Part shown: positions 1-8,793 of the stretch, piece by piece
Position numbering within the stretch: position 1 is the stretch's first letter
How the letters are laid out: each line of letters starts with the position of its first letter
Assembly (NCBI GenBank): GCA_965227405.1
Contig: OZ245758.1
Location: 2,996,338 to 3,060,337, forward strand
Length of the DNA: 64,000 bases
Source of the DNA: Polyangiales bacterium
GTDB lineage: Bacteria; Myxococcota_A; Polyangia; Polyangiales; Houyiibacteriaceae
Direction: 5' to 3'
Made by a program: the position numbers and the translations under genes
Notes under the pieces: generated by a model
What the model saw: only the letters and a program-made list of their open reading frames with translations
Told to the model about the DNA's origin: nothing
Database searches by the model: none

Positions 1-333
1 CTCGAAAGCGATCTCAAGAAGATGCACAAGCTCATGCGTAAGTGGTCCACGGACAAGGATATGTGGAAGCGGCGTACGAGCATCTTGTGTCAGCTGAAGC
101 TCAAGGACCGCTTGGATACGAAGCTACTTGTCGACTGCATGAAGCCGTCGATGGAGAGCAAAGAGTTCTTTTTGCGCAAAGCGATCGGGTGGGCGTTGCG
201 AAGCCACTCCTACGTCGACCCCGATTGGGTCATCGCGTACGTGAACAAACACGCGAACGTTCTGAGCGGTCTGAGCAAGCGAGAGGGGTTCAAGGCGTTG
301 ATGCGCAACGGAGTGGTCAAAGCGATCCCTTGA
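1..333 (+). CDS. DNA alkylation repair enzyme (AlkD/AlkC-like HEAT-repeat DNA glycosylase), C-terminal fragment; 5' end lies upstream of the window
   Basis: Frame 1 is open from position 1. The C-terminal sequence ...EFFLRKAIGWALRSHSYVDPDWV...LSGLSKREGFKAL matches the conserved end of the DNA alkylation repair enzyme family (B. cereus AlkD type). Stop TGA at 331-333. Confidence 0.6.
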   Translation, partial: LESDLKKMHKLMRKWSTDKDMWKRRTSILCQLKLKDRLDTKLLVDCMKPSMESKEFFLRKAIGWALRSHSYVDPDWVIAYVNKHANVLSGLSKREGFKALMRNGVVKAIP

Positions 334-353
334 TGGACCCAGATCCTCGCGCA

Positions 354-1994
354 ATGCTGTGCCGCGTGAAGGGGACGCTCGCACTGTGTGTGCTGGTGTG
401 GGGGTGCACGGATGCGCGCTCAAACGCAGGGGCGGAGTGCGCGCGCAACAGTCAGTGCGCGGCACCTCTCGTCTGCGCGCTTGAACGCTGTCGCAACGAA
501 TGCAACCAGTCGCGCGATTGCCCGGTCGGCTCAAGTTGTGTTCGCAGCGAGTTGGGATTCGGTGTGTGCCTCCTGCAAGACGAAACCAGCTGCGGCAGCG
601 ACAACGATTGTGCCGGTGCACTTGTGTGTGCATTGAGCCGCTGCACATCGCGATGCGGTGATGGGTGCGCGCCAGGGACAGAGTGTCGAGACGACGCGTG
701 TTTCGATCCCGCCATGGATACGTCGTGTTCCCGCGATGGCGAGTGTACGGAGGGGGTGTGCGTCGCTGGCCGCTGTCGTGCGGAGTGTCGGTCGAATCGT
801 GACTGTCGCTTTGGCGGAAGCTGCATCGATGGGCGTTGTGGTGGTTCGGCCCCCGCGGACGCGATGGTCCCCCTGGACGTGCCGCGTTCCGACAGCGGCG
901 TCGTCGATCCTTTTTGTCCCGCACGGACTGCCGACGTTGTGGACATCTGTACATCCAAGGAGTTCAGCCAGCACACGTGTGCAGCTCTTTCCGATGGACG
1001 GGTCGCCTGTTGGGGAAACAACAGCGCACTCAAACTTGGTTCCGCCGGTCTTCCGCGCGGTGCGATCTTCAGCCCCGCACTTGTCGACGGAATCGACAAC
1101 GCGGTGGGTGTGGCATGTGCACCGTGGGGATCGTGTGCGGTTCTCGCGGACGGCCGACTGACGTGTTGGGGTGTCAACACGTTAGGCCAGACAGGAACCG
1201 GATCACCCTCCAACCAAGTCGTCACACCCTTGGATGTGCCCACGTTGACGAACGTGGTCGATGTCTCGCTGCATGCTGAAGGCGGCTGTGCACTCGATGG
1301 CACCCAAGTGTACTGCTGGGGCACCAACGACGTGGGCCAGTTGGGTACCGCCGGCGGAAGCACCCGCAGTCCCGTCCTCGCGACAGACCTTCCGCCAGCG
1401 ACGGCGGTGTCCATCTCGGAAGGCCGGTTTCTGGGACAGACGCACGGGTATGTGGTCACCACGGACGGCGACCTTGTTGCATTTGGTGGAAACCCATTTC
1501 CCGAGGCTGTCGATCTCTCGATTTCGGGGAGTGATCTCATCGATGTCGCGGCGGGTGAGCAGCACGTGTGCGTGTTGCGTAGTGGCGGAGAGGTGCTTTG
1601 CGCAGGAGACAACTTCTACGGCCAGATCGGTGTCTCGGATGCGACAGGGTCCGAGTTCACGAGCGTGGTTGGACTTGAGGGGGTGACCGCGATCCGAGCT
1701 CGCTCCAGTGCGAACTGCGTCATCACTCCGACAGAGGGGCTCTGCTGGGGCGACAACACTTTCGGCGCGCTTGGCGTTGGCGAAATGACTGGCAACCAAC
1801 GCACGCCTGCGCCTGTGACACTGCCGGGTTCAGGGCCGCCGACCGTGCTCGAGTCTGGCCATCAATACGGCTGCGCGATCTACGCTGGTGTGCCCTATTG
1901 CTTCGGTCACAACGATGCATTCGCGGCGCTCGGCCTTGGGCCTGATCCGAGGGACACCTTCGAACCCACGACACCGGTGATCTGCTTGCCATGA
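354..1994 (+). CDS. Lipoprotein with N-terminal cysteine-rich module and RCC1 beta-propeller repeats (paralogue 1 of 5)
   Basis: Signal peptide MLCRVKGTLALCVLVWGC (lipobox-like). Cys-rich module C-x5-C-x3-PLVC-x4-C-x3-C-x4-DCPxGxxC repeated. Several RCC1-type blades (...CWGxNxxGQLG...). An alternative in-frame ATG at 333 overlaps the stop of the upstream gene. Confidence 0.75.
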   Translation: MLCRVKGTLALCVLVWGCTDARSNAGAECARNSQCAAPLVCALERCRNECNQSRDCPVGSSCVRSELGFGVCLLQDETSCGSDNDCAGALVCALSRCTSRCGDGCAPGTECRDDACFDPAMDTSCSRDGECTEGVCVAGRCRAECRSNRDCRFGGSCIDGRCGGSAPADAMVPLDVPRSDSGVVDPFCPARTADVVDICTSKEFSQHTCAALSDGRVACWGNNSALKLGSAGLPRGAIFSPALVDGIDNAVGVACAPWGSCAVLADGRLTCWGVNTLGQTGTGSPSNQVVTPLDVPTLTNVVDVSLHAEGGCALDGTQVYCWGTNDVGQLGTAGGSTRSPVLATDLPPATAVSISEGRFLGQTHGYVVTTDGDLVAFGGNPFPEAVDLSISGSDLIDVAAGEQHVCVLRSGGEVLCAGDNFYGQIGVSDATGSEFTSVVGLEGVTAIRARSSANCVITPTEGLCWGDNTFGALGVGEMTGNQRTPAPVTLPGSGPPTVLESGHQYGCAIYAGVPYCFGHNDAFAALGLGPDPRDTFEPTTPVICLP

Positions 1995-3577
1995 TGCGCG
2001 TGATTCCAGTGTTGGTCTTGTTGCTGGGATGCGCCGACGAGCCACTCGGTCTTGCATCCGAGTGTTCACGCACAAGTCAGTGCGACCAGCCCTTGGTGTG
2101 TCGTCTCGAGGCGTGTCGGAATGATTGCGCATCAGCACGCGACTGCCCGGTGGGCTCGGTGTGTCTACTCGACGAAAGCGGATTCGGTGCGTGTCGACTA
2201 CGCGAAGAATCCAGCTGTGATGATTGTCCGGCGACGCTTTCGTGTATCGATGGCCAATGCACCAACGCATGTACAACGGATACGGACTGCGCGCCGGGTA
2301 ACGCGTGTGAGGCCGGCGGGTGCGCGGCCGCCGACTTGCCCTGTTTGACCGACGTTGACTGTCCCGGTGGGGTATGCACGGAAGGAACGTGTACGTTGGA
2401 GTGCATCTCCGATCGCGATTGTCGGTTCGGCGGGCGTTGTCTCGATGGAACATGCACCGAAACCGATGCGTCCGTTCCGACAGACACGCCTACACCGATC
2501 GACTCGATGACGCCTGACTCCGGCGGTCGTGAATTCATACCGGTCACAGGTGCCTCCGCCGTTGCCGCAGGTTTCGGATTTACCTGCGCCGTTATCGAAG
2601 GTGACGTTCATTGCTGGGGGGGTCTGCCGCCGTTTGGAATGGCCCCTTTCACGCGAAACGAGCGCGGCGTATGCCCGCCATTCGAAGGTGCAACGGCTCA
2701 AGACGTGGTCACCTCATCACATCATTTCTGCGCGCTCGTCGATGACTCGCTTCGGTGCGGCGGCGACAACCGCTTCGGTGAATGTGGAGACGGTACAACC
2801 GACGAACCCGCGGGCTTGGTCGACGCCATGCTCACCCCGGTCACCGCTGTATCCACAGGTGGAGACATGTCGGGTGCTGGCCACACCTGTGGGATTTCGG
2901 GGGGCGAGGTCTATTGTTGGGGTTTCAACTTAACCGGTTTGCTGGGCGACGGAACGATGACGGCGTCGTTGACACCTGTCGCGACCGGATTCACCAACGC
3001 GGTTGCCGTTGCGGCCGGGACCGATGCGACGTGCGCCACCAACGCCGCGGGCGAACTTTGGTGTTGGGGAGGGAGTGCTCCTGCGCCAGCGGCGGGGGCG
3101 TTGGTGCCAACTCAGGTTCCCACGCTCGGACCGGTGGTTAGCGTTTCCTTGTCCAATGGGACGCTGGGTCCAGGCACGGTTGGCTGCATCGTAACGATGG
3201 ACGGCCGGCCATTCTGTTGGACACCCACCGGCTCACTTACTCCGGTGGTGACAGCGGACTCATTCATCGACGTGAGCGCTGGCTCGGGCCACTACTGCTT
3301 CGTTCGAACGGATCGCACAGTGACGTGTTTTGGCTTCAACCGTGCGGGGCAATTGGGCATTGGCATGGGTCTCGACAGCGCGCCGCTCGGAACGAGTGTT
3401 GTCACGGATGTCGGCGTTCTCACAGGTGTTGTCGATATCAGTGCGGGTTGGGAACACACCTGCGCCGTGACCGATGTGGGTGACGTCTACTGCTGGGGCA
3501 GTAACGAGTACGGTCAGCTTGGACACAGCGGTCGAGCTTCATCGACTTTTGCGAGGAGAGTGACGTGCGCGCGTTGA
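1991..3577 (+). CDS. Cys-rich module + RCC1-repeat lipoprotein (paralogue 2)
   Basis: Start ATG overlaps the previous stop (ATGA). Signal peptide MMRVIPVLVLLLGC. Same Cys-rich module (CSRTSQCDQPLVCRLEACRNDCASARDCPVGSVC) followed by RCC1 repeats (HCWGG, YCWGFNLTGLLG, WCWGG, YCWGSNEYGQLG). Confidence 0.75.
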   Translation: MMRVIPVLVLLLGCADEPLGLASECSRTSQCDQPLVCRLEACRNDCASARDCPVGSVCLLDESGFGACRLREESSCDDCPATLSCIDGQCTNACTTDTDCAPGNACEAGGCAAADLPCLTDVDCPGGVCTEGTCTLECISDRDCRFGGRCLDGTCTETDASVPTDTPTPIDSMTPDSGGREFIPVTGASAVAAGFGFTCAVIEGDVHCWGGLPPFGMAPFTRNERGVCPPFEGATAQDVVTSSHHFCALVDDSLRCGGDNRFGECGDGTTDEPAGLVDAMLTPVTAVSTGGDMSGAGHTCGISGGEVYCWGFNLTGLLGDGTMTASLTPVATGFTNAVAVAAGTDATCATNAAGELWCWGGSAPAPAAGALVPTQVPTLGPVVSVSLSNGTLGPGTVGCIVTMDGRPFCWTPTGSLTPVVTADSFIDVSAGSGHYCFVRTDRTVTCFGFNRAGQLGIGMGLDSAPLGTSVVTDVGVLTGVVDISAGWEHTCAVTDVGDVYCWGSNEYGQLGHSGRASSTFARRVTCAR

Positions 3578-4110
3578 TAGTTCTTCTACTCGTGGTTTCC
3601 GCGGGATGCCTCGAAACGAAAACCGCCCGCGGTGGACAGTGCTCACTCACGAGTGATTGCGATGCGCCGTTGATCTGTCGGTTCGAAGCGTGTCGCGTGG
3701 AATGCACGACCAACCGCGACTGCGCACTTGGACTCGATTGTCTGTACGACGAAAACCAACTCGGTGCGTGTCAGCTTCCCGAAGAAGCGTCCTGTATGGA
3801 CAACAACAACTGCGGGGAAGGTCAGATCTGCGCAGTGCGTGATGATGGTCGCGCGCAAACGTGCACCACCGAGTGTGGACCGGACCGCGCGTGTCCTCCT
3901 GGTGCTACGTGTACCGACGGTGCGTGTCTGGACCCCGACGACCAGCCATGTCTCTACAACACCGACTGTGACGACGCGAAGGCGTGTGCGTTTGACTTGA
4001 GGTGTCGCGACGAGTGCCTGACCGATGAAGACTGCCGCGCGCCGCTGACCTGCCGTGAGTTCGATACGTCGGCTGGTCTGCAGCGCTTGTGTGATGTGCT
4101 TCTGAACTGA
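3565..4110 (+). CDS. Short cysteine-rich lipoprotein (paralogue 3; Cys-rich modules only, no RCC1 domain)
   Basis: GTG start at 3565 overlapping the end of the previous gene. Signal peptide RALIVLLLVVSAGC. Two to three copies of the same Cys-rich module. Ends TGA at 4110, overlapping the next start. Confidence 0.6.
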   Translation: MRALIVLLLVVSAGCLETKTARGGQCSLTSDCDAPLICRFEACRVECTTNRDCALGLDCLYDENQLGACQLPEEASCMDNNNCGEGQICAVRDDGRAQTCTTECGPDRACPPGATCTDGACLDPDDQPCLYNTDCDDAKACAFDLRCRDECLTDEDCRAPLTCREFDTSAGLQRLCDVLLN

Positions 4111-5732
4111 TGCGCGTCCTCGTCCTCGTCCTCCTGGTCGGTTGCGTGGAAGCGCGCTCCGGTGCCGGCGCAGAATGCTCACGCAACAGTGAGTGCGCTG
4201 CACCTTTGGTCTGCGCCCTGGAGCGGTGTCGGAACGAGTGCAACAGCAGTCGAGACTGTCCGATCGGAGCATCCTGCATCCGAAGTGAATTGGACTTCGG
4301 GGTTTGCCAGCTCGATGACGAGTTGAGCTGCAGTGGCGAGTGTGCGGGTGATCTGGTGTGTGCCGAAGGTCAGTGCGTCAACTCGTGTGATGAGGGCTGC
4401 CTTCCCGGCAGCGAGTGTCGGGACGGAGGTTGTATCGAGTCGGCTGTATCGTGCGACGTCGACGCGGAGTGCTCCGAAGGTCAGGTCTGCCTCTCCGGGC
4501 GTTGCCAGCGTGAGTGTATTTCGATGCGTGATTGTCGGTTTGGCCGCTCGTGCGTGGATGGCCGCTGCGTGGTGGCGTCCATCGATGCGGGTCGAGATGT
4601 GGAGGTGCCGTTCGATGCGTCGCTGGACGCACCAGCTACAGACACAACGCCCGAGATGTTCTGCGATGCATCCGCGGTTCCAGCCATCGATGTTGCCGTG
4701 GGACGCGATCACGCGTGTGTCGTGTTAAGCACAGGCTCGGTCTACTGCTGGGGTGACAACGCACTCGGTCAGATTGGGAGCGCCGCTTTGGTGGTGGGGG
4801 TCACGGACGTTTGGTCAGCCTTTCCTGCCGACGTGAGCGATGCGCAGGAGGTGTCCGCGGGTGTTGCGCACACCTGCGTTCGTCGTGCCGATGACACCGT
4901 CGAGTGCTGGGGCGACAACACCGACGGCGGGTGTGGTGTTGGGCGAACCGACCGGATTGTGCGTGTCCCCGAGTCGATTGGGTTGCCCGGCGTGGCTCAG
5001 CTGGCGCTTGGCAGCCGCGCTTCGTGTGCTCGCGTCGGAACCACGGTCTCGTGTTGGGGGCGTCAGGTGAACAACGGTTTGGCCAACGGGGTGACGAGCG
5101 GAAATGCCTTCGCTCCGGTTGTGGCCACCGAACTGATGAATGTGCGCACCCTTGCATACGCGTATGCCGGCGGTGCTGCCTTGGACGTGAGCGGAGCACT
5201 TCGAGTCTGGGGCGACCATCATCCGGTTGCGGACACACCGGCGTACGTCTCTCCCAGCTTTACCGATGCCACGATGCTCGCGGTCGGCGCCGAGCACATC
5301 TGTTTGCTGCGATCGGACGGAAGTGTGTGGTGTGCGGGTGATAACGAGTTTGGTCAGCTGGGCGATCCATCGCGTGACACGAGTTCGGGACCCGACCTGT
5401 CTTGGACTCGGCTTCCGAGCCTGAGCGACGTGGTGCAGGTGGATGCAAGTGACAACAACACCTGTGCGCGAACGAGCACCGGGGACTTGTGGTGTTGGGG
5501 AATCAATACCAACGGTTCACTTGGTGTTGGGATGTCGGGAGTCGTCACGGAGCCGACCCAGGTCGAACTCCCAAGTGCGGCGGACGACGTGAGTGTCGGG
5601 AACGACGCCAGTTGTGCCATTGCGACAGGCTCGGTGTACTGCTGGGGCGCAAACTTGGCTGGACGGCTAGGGTTCCCGCAGACGTTCGGCTCGACAAACG
5701 AGCCAACGATCCCCGTGGAGTGCTTGCCGTGA
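4110..5732 (+). CDS. Cys-rich module + RCC1-repeat lipoprotein (paralogue 4)
   Basis: ATG at 4110 shares its A with the preceding TGA. Signal peptide MRVLVLVLLVGC. The N-terminal module is about 80% identical at protein level to paralogue 1. RCC1 blades present (YCWGDNALGQIG, ECWGDN, WCAGDNEFGQLG, YCWGANLAGRLG). Confidence 0.75.
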   Translation: MRVLVLVLLVGCVEARSGAGAECSRNSECAAPLVCALERCRNECNSSRDCPIGASCIRSELDFGVCQLDDELSCSGECAGDLVCAEGQCVNSCDEGCLPGSECRDGGCIESAVSCDVDAECSEGQVCLSGRCQRECISMRDCRFGRSCVDGRCVVASIDAGRDVEVPFDASLDAPATDTTPEMFCDASAVPAIDVAVGRDHACVVLSTGSVYCWGDNALGQIGSAALVVGVTDVWSAFPADVSDAQEVSAGVAHTCVRRADDTVECWGDNTDGGCGVGRTDRIVRVPESIGLPGVAQLALGSRASCARVGTTVSCWGRQVNNGLANGVTSGNAFAPVVATELMNVRTLAYAYAGGAALDVSGALRVWGDHHPVADTPAYVSPSFTDATMLAVGAEHICLLRSDGSVWCAGDNEFGQLGDPSRDTSSGPDLSWTRLPSLSDVVQVDASDNNTCARTSTGDLWCWGINTNGSLGVGMSGVVTEPTQVELPSAADDVSVGNDASCAIATGSVYCWGANLAGRLGFPQTFGSTNEPTIPVECLP

Positions 5733-7336
5733 CGCGGACGCAGATCGTGGTCGCATGCATTGTGCTCGGTGGATGTGCCGAGTCACCGAAGGGGCTTTCC
5801 GCGTCGTGCGATCGATCAAGTCAGTGCGACACGCCACTGGTGTGTCGGTTGGAGGTTTGTCGCAACGAATGCCGACGCTCGCGCGACTGCTCCGTTGGAT
5901 CCATCTGCTTGGTTGACGACAGTGGGTTCGGCGCGTGTCGGCTTTCCACGGAATCGGAGTGTGAACCTGGAGGCTGTCCTGCGCCGACGGTCTGTTTCGG
6001 CGGTCAGTGCCGCAACGCGTGTGTTGACGAATGTGCCGAAGGTCAATGCTTGGACGCGGATGGGAGCCCTTGTTTGGGTGGGGAGTGTGCATGTGTAGTC
6101 GAGCGACCGACGGGTTGTGTGCTTGATACTGATTGCGCATCCGGGCTCGTTTGTCGTGCTGGAACCTGTCTCGAGGAGTGCATCTCCGATCGCGATTGTG
6201 CGTTTGGAGCACGTTGTGTTGCAGGGCGCTGCGCTTCGGACGACGCGAGCACCGACGCGCCCGTCTTGGATGCATCCCTGGATGCGCGCGATGCCGGAGT
6301 TGCTGTGCTGCCGGACGTCGAAAGCGTCAGCGCAGGACAACACCACACCTGCGCCATCAGTTCAGGGATGGTGTGGTGTTGGGGGAATTTCGAGTGGGAA
6401 GTCCCTCCGTCGGTGATTCGACACTACCCCCCGCGTCCGATGGGGCTCGCAGCGACTCGTGTCGTGACCAGTCCGACCGCGCGCCACGTTTGTGCGATCG
6501 ACACGTCGGGCGGATTGCATTGTTTAGGCGTCAACACCAACGGTGTCGTCGGCGATGGATCCATGGTCACGCGGGAAACGTTCGTCGCTGTGACCGGGCT
6601 TGCATCAGACGTGCGTGATGTCGCCGTTGGGGTGAAACATACGTGTGCGATTCTCGGTGACGAGGTCTGGTGTTGGGGCAATGCGTTGGATGGCGCGTTG
6701 GGCGACGGTCGAATGAACGGGGTCGCCAATGAACCGGTCAATATCGGTTTGAACAATGCCGTCGACATCGCCGCGGGTCAGGACACAACATGCGCGGTTC
6801 GCGGAGATGGAAGCTTGTGGTGTTGGGGTTCCAACAACCGCGGCCGAAGTGGGCTCGGTGTATTGGATCGCGCACTCGTTCCGACGGAGGTTCCGCTCTC
6901 TTTTGCGGTTCGCTCAGTCGCGATGAGCCCGTTCCGGGGATGCGTCGTGGCCGAGGACGACACAGTTCACTGTTGGGGTCTCGACTTTGGCCCGCTCTTC
7001 GACCTGCGCGTGCCTACGGAAATGGTCGGTGTCCGCGCGCTCTCGGTTGCGGTTGGCTTCGCCCACATCTGCGGGGTGACTCCCGACAATCAAGCTCGTT
7101 GCTGGGGTGAAGGCTCAAGCGGGCAACTCGGACACGAGGACGCTCCTTCGTACCTCGACGTGCCCGGTGCTCTCGTGGTTGGGCTTGATGGGGTCGACGC
7201 GGTGGTTGCCGGGCATGGTCACAGTTGCGCGCGAACCTCGGGTCAACTCTGGTGCTGGGGATTCAACGATCGGGGTCAGTTGGGCGCGGGTCATCGTGCG
7301 TCCACACATGTGCCCGTTCCTGTGCTTGCCCCGTAG
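5729..7336 (+). CDS. Cys-rich module + RCC1-repeat lipoprotein (paralogue 5)
   Basis: GTG at 5729 overlaps the stop of paralogue 4 (GTGA). N-terminus VTRTQIVVACIVLGGC is a lipoprotein signal. Cys-rich module SCDRSSQCDTPLVCRLEVCRNECRRSRDCSVGSIC. RCC1 blades present (WCWGN, HCLGVNTNGVVGDG, WCWGSNNRGRSG, LWCWGFNDRGQLG). The track's 5489 start would overlap paralogue 4 in another frame and is rejected. Confidence 0.7.
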   Translation: MTRTQIVVACIVLGGCAESPKGLSASCDRSSQCDTPLVCRLEVCRNECRRSRDCSVGSICLVDDSGFGACRLSTESECEPGGCPAPTVCFGGQCRNACVDECAEGQCLDADGSPCLGGECACVVERPTGCVLDTDCASGLVCRAGTCLEECISDRDCAFGARCVAGRCASDDASTDAPVLDASLDARDAGVAVLPDVESVSAGQHHTCAISSGMVWCWGNFEWEVPPSVIRHYPPRPMGLAATRVVTSPTARHVCAIDTSGGLHCLGVNTNGVVGDGSMVTRETFVAVTGLASDVRDVAVGVKHTCAILGDEVWCWGNALDGALGDGRMNGVANEPVNIGLNNAVDIAAGQDTTCAVRGDGSLWCWGSNNRGRSGLGVLDRALVPTEVPLSFAVRSVAMSPFRGCVVAEDDTVHCWGLDFGPLFDLRVPTEMVGVRALSVAVGFAHICGVTPDNQARCWGEGSSGQLGHEDAPSYLDVPGALVVGLDGVDAVVAGHGHSCARTSGQLWCWGFNDRGQLGAGHRASTHVPVPVLAP

Positions 7337-7338
7337 GC

Positions 7339-8793
7339 TCAAAACACGAGGCGTACCGAAGCGCGCGTGGGTCCGACGTGGAGGCTCACTTCGTTGGCTG
7401 CGTCTTCGATCTCGTCGTCGCTTGCCGCGAGCAAGACCAGCGTCAGTCCTGTGGCCGAGAGCGCGAGCCCCGCGCCAAGTCCGATGTACCCCAACGCCTT
7501 CTGTAAGTTCGTTCGCTCGACAAGGTTGTTGTAGCGCTCTTGCTCCAAATCAAAGTCGAACATGTTGGGGCCATCTGGTGAGCACTCCAACGTTCCTCGG
7601 TTCTCTGGAAGCTCACAAAAGTCGAGCATGTCTTTGCGCGCTTCGTTGGCGTCCGAGTTCAAGTCGCCTCGCGCCACGAGGATCGGAACCAAGCCCGCGA
7701 TCACCAGTACACCACCGGCTCCAACAAACGCCCAACCGAGTTGTCGCCGTGATGCCGCACTTTCGCGACGCGTGGCCAACGCGGCATCGGTCCACGAGAA
7801 CTGAGGCGCAAGCTCCAACTCTTCGCCAGCTTCGATGTCCACACGTCCACGACTGGGCCGGCGTTCGGGGAGGAAGATGCGCACATCATGCGGACCGATC
7901 GGAAGTTCGACTTGTTCGCTCACATCCACCGAGCTGCCGTCGATCTCCAGTCGTTCCGGCGTGACCGGAGTGCGCAGCCGCAGTGAACCCATCACAGAAG
8001 GGTCGGCGTTTGGATCGATCTGCATGCGCAGCGTCACCTCACTGTCGACCGCGTCCTGAACCTCGACAGTCTCGCGTGTCGTTTGATAGCCCGCGCGCTG
8101 TCCTTCTACGAGATGCGCACCCGGCGAGGTTAGGTGTGTCGGAGTCATCGGTGTCGTACCAACGAACTCGCCATCCACGCGCACTTCGACGCCAGAGAGA
8201 TTGCTGCGCACGCGAATCGAACCGCGTCGCTCCAACAAAGGTCGCAAGGTCAGACGAACGAGTACCTCTTCGCCTCCCGCGACCGACACCACTTGGCGAG
8301 CAACGTCATGCCCCGTCGCGCGCGCTGACACCTCTACCGAACCGGCTTCAACGCGTAGAGGATCGACCAGTGGGGTTGTCGCGCGGTCGACGCCTCCAAT
8401 CATGATCACCGCACCTTGGACGTTGACTTCGACTCGCACCGAACCGATCTGATCGCGCAGTCGACTCAACGAACGATCGATCTCGCGCCGTTCCCGACGA
8501 GAAATTCGTCCTGCATCGTTGAGGTAGTGCTCGTAAAAACTGACAGCCTCGACAGGGTGGTCGAGACGTTCGTGCACACGTGCGAGGTTGTAGAGAACGG
8601 CTGGATCCGGTGCGAGGTCATATGCCGCGCGAAACTCAGCAAGCGCTTGTTCGTAGTCGCCCGCGTCGTAACGCGTCATGCCGCGTTCGATGTGTGCCGC
8701 TGCCGTTTCGGTGTTCGGTTGCGCCGCCACGATGCTCGGCTGTGCCGCGACGGTGATCGTGATCAGCAAGGCGGTGATCGCCACTCGCATCAT
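7339..8793 (-). CDS. Secreted/membrane TPR-repeat + PEGA-domain protein
   Basis: Signal peptide MMRVAITALLITITVAAQPSIVAAQ. TPR-like helices (YDAGDYEQALAEFRAAYDL...YNLARVHERL). PEGA-type beta domains (VRVDGEFVGTTP, EVSARATGHDVARQVVSV). C-terminal hydrophobic segments. Confidence 0.6.
   Translation of the reverse strand: MMRVAITALLITITVAAQPSIVAAQPNTETAAAHIERGMTRYDAGDYEQALAEFRAAYDLAPDPAVLYNLARVHERLDHPVEAVSFYEHYLNDAGRISRRERREIDRSLSRLRDQIGSVRVEVNVQGAVIMIGGVDRATTPLVDPLRVEAGSVEVSARATGHDVARQVVSVAGGEEVLVRLTLRPLLERRGSIRVRSNLSGVEVRVDGEFVGTTPMTPTHLTSPGAHLVEGQRAGYQTTRETVEVQDAVDSEVTLRMQIDPNADPSVMGSLRLRTPVTPERLEIDGSSVDVSEQVELPIGPHDVRIFLPERRPSRGRVDIEAGEELELAPQFSWTDAALATRRESAASRRQLGWAFVGAGGVLVIAGLVPILVARGDLNSDANEARKDMLDFCELPENRGTLECSPDGPNMFDFDLEQERYNNLVERTNLQKALGYIGLGAGLALSATGLTLVLLAASDDEIEDAANEVSLHVGPTRASVRLVF

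Noticed and set aside
124-1612. Long antisense ORFs (124..954, 452..1612, 531..974 minus strand; 658..1161, 836..1279 plus) inside the first RCC1 gene
   Set aside because: Typical GC-rich shadow ORFs. No domains, Arg/Pro/Ser-rich, and they overlap a gene with clear signal peptide, Cys-module and RCC1 repeats.
5489-5728. Upstream extension of the fifth RCC1 paralogue (track start 5489)
   Set aside because: It overlaps 240 nt of paralogue 4 in another frame. The lipoprotein signal peptide begins at the GTG at 5729, which overlaps the upstream stop exactly as at the other junctions.
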